From Basidiobolus meristosporus CBS 931.73 (taxonomy: Eukaryota; Fungi; Basidiobolomycota), in assembly GCA_002104905.1 (NCBI GenBank), contig MCFE01000439.1:1-64000 (forward strand): a DNA stretch of 64,000 nucleotides, given 5' to 3'. This document shows, one piece after another, positions 20,665 to 30,017 of this stretch. The notes beneath the pieces were generated by a model. It searched no databases and was not told the origin of the DNA. It was given only the letters and a program-made list of their open reading frames with translations. Each line of letters begins with the position of its first letter. The stretch's first letter is position 1. Made by a program: the position numbers and the translations under genes.

Positions 20665-21910
20665 ACAAATATATCAATAACCCCCTATAGCAGTAGAGAG
20701 TTGTAGAGTAATTTTATTCAGCAGCTGCTAAACGCTCACAATATGGTATTGCAGCAACTAGGCCCAGTTACAGAAACCCTCGGGTGGTGAGCTTACTCCC
20801 TGAGGCCAAGTTGCCCATACCTAACATTTACTGAGGACAATGTGTGGCGAATGAGATAGACGCACGGTTATTCTTTGTAAGGAGTCATGGCAATGCCACC
20901 TATCTAACTTCCATACAAACAGTGAAATTATACAATACTTCTATCATGGAATAGTGCTGAACATAAGCCCAGCAATTACACCGAGTTGGCCCGAGATACG
21001 TATGCATCCGAGTCCTGAAATACTATACCTCAGGTCCTTTACATGACCAAAGATGAAAAAGATCAGGCCCACACAAGGGCTAAAGCCACGAATTCGTACA
21101 GAAGTAAGGATTTGGCACCCTGACTCTCTTGAATAAGCGGTATCCATCGTGAAAAAGGCGAGTCAGGAGAACCCAGAGTCCAGTCAAGAAGGATATGGTA
21201 GCTCTCCCATCAAAGCTGTACAACTGTTGGGGTGATCCAACGGATACAGAGATAGAAAGAGAAAGTACGATGCAATAATGATGCCTGTAGAACTCCTGGT
21301 AGGTGACAAAACAATGAAATTCGTGTTACGCTAGTCAACAAAAAATTCGCTAGACAGGTTTAAAGGAGTTGCCCAAAAACAGATCCTAATATGTGTTAGT
21401 TATCAGACTGCATTTTGGCATTCTTATCACTGGATTGAAACGACATGTGTGAAGTCTGCTTTTCAACTGCATAAAGCTAGCTAATATAGGAAGCGATTGA
21501 ATTTAATCGAACAAATCACGAATCAAGTGAATTTTAATCGTATCAACAATGTCAGGTTGATTTCTCATTCTAGAATGCACGTTCTACGTGCATGTCATAA
21601 CCCAACACTGCAAATCAGAATGTGCACCATGTGTGTCATAACCAAAGTTCGTGTGGACTCACATTAGGTATATCTCGATGGGTTGATATATGAAAACGAC
21701 AATCACATTATTGTACATACATCAGATCGTTTCCACCATTGACGTGCTCTGTTTAGATGTTCAGCTGGTCAGGCAGTCATTGGGGTGCGCAACAATGATT
21801 TTGCAATTGCCTTGCTGTGGAGTACGGGAAGAAAACAGTATAAATTGGCTGGTCGCGCTTCTATGAAAATCAATTCGATATCTAATATCTGCTTTCCCTC
21901 CAATACCAAA

Positions 21911-23177
21911 ATGAAGTGCTTCTTTTCCGTTTCTGTTGCTGCTCTCGCTTTGGCCACCTACGCTCAAGCTTTCTCCCCAGCCAGACTCATCTGTCTGGTC
22001 AACAAGGAGAGAGCCAATCAGGGACTTCGCCCACTGGTGCTGAGCAAGTGAGTGGATGCAATTTCATCATATGGCAGAGATCAAGAGGGGAGGAGAATGG
22101 GTGGTTGCTTAATAGAGCGGTGTGAGGAACTCAAAGATGGCCAAGGCTTGGTGAGCAGGTAGTGTGTCCGCATTGGTGTAGTGTGTGGTGTTGATGTTGG
22201 AGTTAACCCTGACAACGACAGTTTCATCATATCAACTGCCGCGGTCACCTCTGCAATTACAGTGGTCGCCTTCTGCCTCTCACCGCTTCGCATTGACAAC
22301 CATGATTGTCACCACCACCCTTCCCTCCAGCTCTCTTATAGGGTAGCCACGGATAAGATGGATGAACACCATGCTAACCAAGTTTCAACGACTAGTGAGC
22401 TGAACGATGTATGCCACCGCCACTCGCTCATGCAAGCCCAATACAACCGGATGACCCATGACAGATATGACCACTCGCCCATGGACAAGGCCATCAATGA
22501 GCATGGACTAAAATGGACTCAGTATGGTGAGAATGTGGCACGTGGCCAGCAAACCGAAGAGGTAGTGATGAATGTCTGGATGCACTCACCACGTAAGTAG
22601 AGCATTTCACTAGCTAGGATGGTTGGATGGGTTCCAAGTTGAGCTCAATCTCCGAGTGAGGTGGCTTGAGTCGAGTCCGATCGAGGTGCAGTGTCCTGGA
22701 TGCGACGAGATCTGGTTTTCACGATCGCGGTCAAAGATATCCGAATGAGATTGGGGATGAATGGCCACACTGGGGGATAACTGGATGGAGTAGAGGAGAA
22801 TGGATTGGGTTGAGTCTAATCAGATTCATCTCATTCCGCTCCATTCTATCCCACCCCATCCCACTCTATCCCATCCATCCCATCCCATCCCATCCCATCC
22901 CATCCCGATGGTCAAGTGAGCAAACCTGATCTACTCCATTCCAGGGCACTGTGTTGGTTTGAGTTGAGCACAAGCACGAGCATGAGCATGAGTGAGACAT
23001 GAAAGCGTTGAATGGTGATCACTAACACGACCATTTCCCATCCATATAGCACACCGTCGCAACATTCTCAATCCGTCGTTCACCCACATGGGAGCAGCAC
23101 TTGCACAACCAGGAAACTACTGGACTCAAGGATTCGCCACTCTCCCAGGTACCTGGAATGCCCCAGTCTGTCCCTAG
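21911..23177 (+). CDS. Secreted CAP/SCP (YkwD-like) protein, intact copy; exons 21911-22047, 22396-22592, 23050-23177
   Basis: Spliced product MKCFFSVSVAALALATYAQAFSPARLICLVNKERANQGLRPL...RHS...MTHD...GENVA...VMNVWMHSPPHRRNILNPSFTHMG...YWTQGF...CP. Introns GTGAGT/GCTAAC/CTAG and GTAAGT/ACTAAC/ATAG; TATAAAT at 21839. Confidence 0.9.
22868..22907. repeat. (CCCAT)n microsatellite in CAP intron 2 (shorter counterpart at about 13937-13952)
   Basis: cccatccatcccatcccatcccatcccatcccatccc seen directly. Confidence 0.9.
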
Positions 23178-23456
23178 ACATGAGGAAGATGTAGAGTGTT
23201 TAGGTTGGAGCATGGAAGATATGCACAACACCCTACGATATCCTTAAAGATTTTTAAAGAATACACTCGATAAACAACCTGCAGCAATTAGATGGAAAAT
23301 ATCCACTTAAACTCGAATAAAGTTCTGATAAAGAATATTGTAGTGAGATTGGGCAATGAAAAAGCCGAAGTTTTCAAAGTAATTCTCAAGGTCCCTTTTT
23401 CGTAACGAAAAAATTACTATATACGGAACCCACCGCTACGTGAAGACTGCAAAAGA

Positions 23457-23528
23457 TGCCTACTGCCGGGATTGAACCGGCGACCTTCAGTTTACGAGAC
23501 TGACGCGCTACCACTGCGCCAAGCAGGC
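23457..23528 (-). tRNA. tRNA-Thr(CGT), copy 3
   Basis: Reverse complement of copy 1 with one A-to-G change at position 9. Confidence 0.95.
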
Positions 23529-23743
23529 CTCACACTTTTTGGAGAAACGCAAGTAAATTACATATATTTTGTAGATTGTGAATTTAGGTGATATCAGAGA
23601 ACAAATATTTGCTCACCAGATTTTTAGATTGCGGTTGAAAAATTCGATTAACAATTGGCAGGTGGAATTGACCTAGTTCAGCCAATTTGTTTACCAACGG
23701 TGTACGGCAGCCGAGGCACTTTGGGTCAGCTTAGTAACTTACC

Positions 23744-25828
23744 ATGTTCTTACTTCCCCACCGATTCCGGCAGCCACTCTGGCAACTTCTGTCAGTGACA
23801 GACAGGGTTCTCGAAAGACGAATCCATACAGGAGCGCTGCTTCAACAACCGGTGGCCAAGACCAAAGTTAGCAAGCCACGTGTCAAGAGAAAAGCAAGCA
23901 AGGCTGAGGTGTTGGCGGTTGAGGAGCCTCCGCTGCCAAAGATCGAGGCGCCCCTTGAACCAGTCACCCTCTCGGTGGAGCAGAAAAATTCCATCCGAGA
24001 GGCCTTGACGGGTTGTAATGTGTTCCTAACCGGCTCTGCCGGTGTGGGAAAAAGTTTCTTGCTGCGTTACCTCATAGAGAAACTAAGAGAAGAGGGAAAG
24101 AACGTCGCCGTCACCGCTCCAACAGGTTAGCTTACTCCATAAGTATTGATGATTGACCGGGCGGTTGGTCCTGTTCCGACGGGTTCTAAACAAATTGGCA
24201 CCTTGAACATCATTTAGGGATCGCAGCGTTTCATATTGGCGGCCATACAGTGCATCACTTCGCTGGACTCCCTGTACGTAATGTAAGCAACCGTGAGCTG
24301 GCTATGATGGTTTCTCGTAACCGGCGAGCGGCCCAGCGTTGGCGCGATACTGATGTATTGATTATTGATGAAATTAGCATGGTTGGGAAACAACTCTTTG
24401 GAACGTTGGACTATATTGCTCGCTGGATAAGGCGTAGCAAGCAACCATTTGGAGGACTCCAATTGATTGTATGCGGAGATTTCTTCCAACTTCCGCCCTG
24501 GTAACTTTACATTTGCATGCATCCCATCTAAAAGGACTAGGACCAACGAAAATCTTGTTTCACAGTGGCCGACCTTCAAAAGTGTGTCGACTGCGGACAG
24601 GTCTTCCCACAAGAGCACAACACCGAGGACCTTTGCCGAAAGGCCAATTGCCAACCAGCCTTGGTACAGCATTCGGAATATGCTTTCGAATCCAGGTCTT
24701 GGGAAGATATGGATTTTAAAACACACGAATTCACGCAGCCCTTTCGCCAAAAGGACACGAGATTTGTCGACCTTCTTAATAGCATCCGTGTAGGGAAATG
24801 CACTCCGTCCGTAGTTGAGATGCTACAGAAGTGCAAGCGTAGCTTCACCCCTACCGGGCTGACCAACATCTTGGTAAGGGCTGAATCGAATTGATTGCAC
24901 GTATACATCCCGTAGATTGACTCTCTTTATTCAAGCCCACCAAGTTGTATACCCTTCGTAGCCAGGTGGCTGACGAAAACATGTACAATCTCAAAAAGCT
25001 CCCCGATAATTCGATCACTTACACGGCGAACCAAGGACCTGCGAAGGCCAAGATGGAGCATTTAACCTCCTTGCAAGTGACCCAGGCCGATGAGCACCTT
25101 ATCTTGAAAAAGGGTGCTCAAGTCATGCTACTAGGTTGGTGTTTCTTTAAAAACCCCAAGTGTGTGCATTACTGATCTCCATTGCATAAAGTGAACGTTG
25201 ACGTTGAGAAGGGGCTTGTCAACGGCAGTCGAGGTGTGGTCATCGGCTTCCGTAGATCTGTTTCCACAAAGACCGTGATCGAGAACGATTCAATGAATCT
25301 AATCAACCCGGACCAGGATATTTCCACCACTCTTCCCCTGGCAAACCTCTATCCGGTTGTCAAGTTCCGAAACGGAGTTACAGCCACAATTGGACCGCAC
25401 ACTTGGGAAGTGGACCTGCCACAAACCGCAGTCAACGAAAAGCTCGGGATCAAACGCGTTTGGCGGACCCAATTCCCGCTTAAGCTGGCATGGGCGCTTA
25501 CGGTTCACAAGGTAAGGCAGTGCTCTGTAAATTATCGCATTCATAAATTGTTAACGGCTCTGTTAGTGTCAAGGAATGACCCTTGATTATGCTGAAGTAT
25601 CACTGCAAAATATATTCGCCTGTGGCCAAGCATACGTTGCCCTCAGTCGCGTTCGCTCGTTGGTATGTGGCATTAACCCGATTTCAACAAGACCGGTACT
25701 AAGTCATTTCTTAGGAAGGGCTTTATTTGAAGAGCTTTCATCCCAGAGTTGTAATCTCCGATGAAAGAGTTCGCAATTTCTATAAATCGCTAGGATCTCA
25801 ACAGAAGCCTGTTCATTCTTTGGCCTAG
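23744..25828 (+). CDS. PIF1: Pif1-family 5'-3' DNA helicase, 7 exons, apparent +1 frameshift at 24496-24498
   Basis: VFLTGSAGVGKS, VAVTAPTGIAA, LIIDEISM, FGGLQLIVCGDFFQLPP, FRQKD, LKKGAQVMLL, GLVNGSRGVV, RTQFPLKLAWALTVHKSQGMTLD, GQAYVALSR. The splice phase after LPP works only if CCGCCCTG is really CCGCCTG. Confidence 0.93.
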
Positions 25829-26179
25829 TATATGTAAAATAGACATATAGACTAATCATTTCTCGAATATGTATTTTAGCTCTAGAATGGTTCTCATTCT
25901 CATGTTTAGCTTGATTAGACTACTTTTACCCTAACGCTAAATCCTTGTCCGTCAAGATATGTTGTTCCACTCCCAACGCAATCATGTATTTCTCCAGTGG
26001 TTGCTCAAGTTACTGAAAATATCTCAACAACGTACAAAGAATCTCAAATGCGTCTTTTAGTTTATCTAAGAAACGAACCAGTAGGGGATTTCCTCGTGTG
26101 TGTGCTCCTTCCTCTTACGATCTCTCCAACTTTGACCAATGGGAGAGCCCTTCATCCATTGCCAGTAATCAAACAGGCA

Positions 26180-26625
26180 ATAGGAAGTGTGCAGATCTTG
26201 CTCAGTTAACTGTAGCTCTAGTAAAGCACGGTCCACTTTGCTGATAATAATTATGCACCGAAACGTTCTGCAAGGGGTTAACGTAATACTGTTTCTATTC
26301 GAGCAGAAACGTCGGAAACGTAGTCAGCAATAACAAAGCGCCTGTCTGTAACACGAAGTGCAGCCGTGACTTGGGATGAAAAATCAACGTGACCGGCAGA
26401 ATCATTCAGATTGATCAAGAGTTTACCACCATAGGTCTTCTGTTTGATATCACCAATGTCCTTTTTGGTAAGTTCGAAGGACATCGAGATAACATTATAC
26501 CTGTTCCTGCATTTTGACGAGTATCTGTTAGAAGAAATAATACCGTTCTTGAAAACAGAGGTGAGCAATAACAGACATGTTACGAATATTCGTACCTTTT
26601 CCATCAAACCACGAATCTGGTCTAC
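26180..26625 (-). pseudogene. Decayed elongation factor 2 (eEF2) 5' fragment
   Basis: VDQIRGLMEK.TNIRNMSVIAH, then a deletion of the P-loop, LLINLNDSAGHVDFSSQVTAALRVTD, ETVLR*, ISKVDRALLELQL; stops and frameshifts present. Confidence 0.85.
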
Positions 26626-27136
26626 ATAGCAACATCCATATATTAGCCTAGATTTAGAAGACTTGAAAATACCAATAGTAAAGCAAGTGCAGGCTATCTA
26701 AAGGTCATATCTATGAACAAACGATTGGTGCCGGCAGTTGGAATATGGAGAGGATCGAGTACGACCACCACACCAGCTTCTTTGGTGATATGACTATAGT
26801 TGAAATTGACTGGCATACTTTCTATCGTCCGTGGTGGATGCAGAGCCGACGACTTCAGATTGCGATTTTTGCCAAGCCTTTCATCTGTATCACACGTTGA
26901 TGTGAATTATGATTCGATAGTTGATATCTAGAGGCCCAATTGCTAGATGTTAATATGTGATTGGACGGCCTCGGAATTCTTATTGTTCGAAAAGTGGGAA
27001 TTCTAGTCACAAAGCCTTGTTGGCCGCAATTCCATTCTTTTGAGGACTGGAGATTTTCGTGTTGTGTGTGCTGTGCCAGCGTCAACGTGAAATTATATAT
27101 TAGGCTCGATACGGCAAGCAGGTTTCCTTTCAAAAC

Positions 27137-27834
27137 ATGAACATGGAAGAAAATGGCGAGGTCAACTTGAACGCTTACCAAGCGGCTTTCCATAGAGTAA
27201 GTGGCACCATGTATGGCCCAGTTACATATCTCGTTAACTCACCTTTGCTTCAACGCAACAGAAATACCAAGCCTGGCTGGATTCGACCACACCCCACGTC
27301 ACTCCAAGATGGATCGCATTTGGTGTTTTATTGATCACCTTCATGCTTAGAATCATCTTTGCCCAAGGATGGTATATCGTCTGTTATGGCTTGGGCATCT
27401 ATCTGCTCAACCTGTTCCTGGCGTTTTTGACTCCCAAATTCGATCCCGCTCTGGAGGAGGAGTTGGAAATGGAGGGACAAACAGAGGAAGGACCTTCCCT
27501 TCCCACCAAGGCAGATGAAGAATTCCGACCATTTATTCGCCGCCTTCCCGAATTCAAGTTCTGGTAAGTGGTGGTTTTGGTTGCTTCACTGATAACCCAC
27601 TGTCTTGAGCTTGCTAACATCTTGCTTAGGTACTCCGCCACCAAAGCTACGGTCATATCCATCGTTTGTACCTTCTTTACCTTCTTGGATCTTCCGGTGT
27701 TCTGGCCGATTCTGTTGATGTACTTTATCCTTCTTTTCGTTCTGACAATGAAACGCCAGATCCAGCATATGTTGAGATATAGGTACCTTCCTTTCACCAC
27801 TGGAAAGAAGCAATACACCAAATCAAACAAGTAG
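27137..27834 (+). CDS. RER1: ER retrieval receptor Rer1, 3 exons
   Basis: YQAWLDSTTPH...RW, QGWYIVCYGLGIYLLNLFLAFLTPKFDP, EEFRPFIRRLPEFKFW, VFWPILLMYF, MKRQIQHMLRYRY. Confidence 0.95.
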
Positions 27835-28109
27835 ACATACTCCTCTCTGCCCGTATCTGTTTCGAAGAATGTATCAGAAAATCCACCAAGTTATCTAAAT
27901 ATGCATATTTATTCTTTGTATTATGACATTTTCCAAGAGCCTGTCGAACCTCGAATGTGTGCCACAGATATCACTCGCTTCCACTCTGTAGCTTTATCTT
28001 TCATTCTTCATTAATAAATCAGCTTGGTGCACAAAACGCATAGAGGAGGGCTTGGATTCACAGACATCACTAGCATTTTATTCTTGTTGGGAAGGTAGGA
28101 CGATTGCAG

Positions 28110-28766
28110 TTATCCAGCAACAAGTCTGGTCTCCATCACGTAGCGTGTGGCAGTCTCTACAGAATCGTACCCGTCAGGTATCTCAATCTTGTGAGGCACA
28201 CCTGGTAGGTAAAAGCATTTCACCTCCCCGTCACCGGCTATGGAGTCATATAAACACCGTCTATCTGTGCATTCAAGGGCACTGATGTGCCTCTCTCCAC
28301 AAGGAACCCTGTCTGCGGCAAGACGACGTGGCAAGTAGCAACGATTTCCGCTAGGGTTGCTTCTCCAGACGCAACCATTATTGGTTCTACATTCGTTGCT
28401 TCCCATCCCCTCCCAACCGCAGTTGATGTTATCGTCGCTGAACTTCAACCCATCAGGAGGATGTCTGTGAAAGCACTTTGGACTACCCGTCGTGTCGTTA
28501 CGATAAATGCAGGAAAATGACCTCGTACACTCCTCTGGCCTCACATCCTCTGGACCGCAGCGTATACGCCTGTAAACTAAACTACTGGGGAAGAAGCAGG
28601 AATTCCCGTAACTCCCTGACACCAGAGGAGAGTACTCGCACCCGGTACGTCTGTGGCATTGTCTCCTAGTGATCCCTGGCCAGCCGCAGTCAAAACTTTG
28701 ATCGAAAAATTGAGAAAAGCAGCCATGGGCAAACAAAAGGGAAAACACTAATCCCAGGACATACAT
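28110..28766 (-). CDS. Secreted protein with four tandem trefoil (P-type/TFF)-like repeats
   Basis: Signal peptide MYVLGLVFSLLFAHGCFS; four repeats of CG-x8-C-x4/5-C-x10/13-C[FY], for example DCGWPGITRRQCHRRTGCEYSP...SCFFP. Intronless; TATA-like box about 60 nt upstream. Confidence 0.8.
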   Translation of the reverse strand: MYVLGLVFSLLFAHGCFSQFFDQSFDCGWPGITRRQCHRRTGCEYSPLVSGSYGNSCFFPSSLVYRRIRCGPEDVRPEECTRSFSCIYRNDTTGSPKCFHRHPPDGLKFSDDNINCGWEGMGSNECRTNNGCVWRSNPSGNRCYLPRRLAADRVPCGERHISALECTDRRCLYDSIAGDGEVKCFYLPGVPHKIEIPDGYDSVETATRYVMETRLVAG

Positions 28767-29046
28767 CGTAGCGGGCAAAGGAAAAACCAAAGGTTGGGCG
28801 TCGTCCTTTCGATCGGTACGACGATATATAGCAATCACCTCGCTAATTCCCCGAAGGAGCTCTTGAAACGATGTGCAACCTCAACTCCATACATTGTGCC
28901 CTGAGCCATCAAACTCGAGTAGGCTGTTTCATCATAGGACGGTAATCGCAGACTCAGTGAAATGACAAATGGGCCATAGACTAATGCTTGTTTATTGTGT
29001 AGAAGATTTGTCTAGCTAACACAAAAATTATCAAACATCATGAAAT

Positions 29047-29668
29047 TTACTTGCGGAGAACGGTGCGGCCAGCCTTCTTGGTGACCTTCTTGGGCTTTTG
29101 GGCAGCAAGAATGGCGGAGAGACGACCGAGAGCAGCCTTTGATAGAAGGGATGTTAGTTGATGCTTCAAACAGGGGATATGTTTCACCACTGAGAGAACT
29201 CAGGTTCATGGTAGATTCACCAAGAGTGGTTATCAAATGATGAGGGTTGCTGTTGCAATCAATATACGTCCAGCCTTCATGTTACGAATTGGGTGGATTC
29301 TAGCAGATTGCAGGGAAATAATGAACTACACCAATCCTTACCTTGCGCAAGTCGGCACGGTAGCCAGAGCGAGCAGTGCTGTTGACGATGACCTTGGCGG
29401 CTCTGCGGGAGGATCCGGAGACGGAGGTCTTTTGGAAGGACTTGCTGGGCTTGGTGGCAGAGACGGATTGCTTCTTGGTGGTCAAAACGACACCCTTGCC
29501 GGAGGGAGCGGCGGTAACACCGACAACCTTGTTGTTGGCCAAACCAGAGTACTTGAAGGAGTTCAAGTTGGTCAAGTTGTTGGGTTCAGTGGTGAATTGA
29601 ACTCCGTTGCGCTTAACAAGGAAGCTGGAGTTGTCCTTAACGAGGAGCCAGGTGAGATCAGCCGACAT
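29047..29668 (-). CDS. RPL28: 60S ribosomal protein eL28, with a 205-nt intron (29341-29137) and a probable 5'UTR intron
   Basis: MSADLTWLLVKDNSSFLVKRNGVQFTTEPNNLTNLNSFKYSGL...YRADLRK|AALGRLSAIL. This is eL28 nomenclature, not yeast RPL28/uL15. Confidence 0.95.
29177..29312 (-). ncRNA. Candidate intronic box H/ACA snoRNA
   Basis: Hairpin 1 closed by TGCAATC/GATTGCA, followed at once by box H ACAGCA. Hairpin 2 closed by TCATCATT(T)G/CAGTGGTGA, then ACA plus 3 nt. Both internal pockets lie 15 nt from their box. Confidence 0.65.
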
Positions 29669-29861
29669 TGTATATATCTGTTATATAATTGATTAGTTAT
29701 CCATGACTGAAGTAAGTTCATCCATCGTGACACGTACATGAGTCCTCTAGACAGAAGCCGGTTCGAGAAAGAAAGAATAATCAAACGTATGGACGACTCA
29801 ATAAAGTGTTTCGGATTTCCCCCAGGATCCGGGTGCACTCTGAAAAAAATGATAAAAAAAA

Positions 29862-29923
29862 ATCCATTGCATTGTCTATTTTATTGACTAGGATCCATTG
29901 CATTGTCTAGTTTATTGACTAGG
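29862..29923. repeat. 31-bp tandem duplication upstream of eL28
   Basis: atccattgcattgtcta(t/g)tttattgactagg x2. Confidence 0.9.
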
Positions 29924-30017
29924 GTGTTCTTTTTGCCAGTCCATCCGATCGACATATAACTTGGGTTGGCAGCTGGCCCATCTGATCAACATTAGCTTGC
30001 ATTATGCTCAGCCCCAT

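Larger units (their letters stand above)
21869..23177. repeat. Right arm of about 1.3-kb inverted repeat (partner 13672-14960)
   Basis: See left arm. Confidence 0.93.

Noticed and set aside
20940-21300. Possible Ty3/gypsy integrase C-terminal remnant (WNSAEHK..., DMVALPSKLYNCWG)
   Set aside because: Only a vague resemblance across stops and frames; no LTR, PBS, RT or DDE core visible.
22181-22395. 71 codons of CAP intron 1 open in frame with exon 2
   Set aside because: No signal peptide, a strong branch and acceptor at 22373-22395, and the spliced form gives a contiguous CAP domain.
13219-23528. Composite DNA transposon or LTR element interpretation of the tRNA-flanked cassette
   Set aside because: No transposase or RT, no target-site duplication found, and the repeats are host genes in inverted orientation.
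28767-28838. Longer N-terminus of the trefoil protein in the ORF track
   Set aside because: It starts at a non-ATG codon overlapping the TATA-like box; MYVLGLV gives a clean signal peptide.
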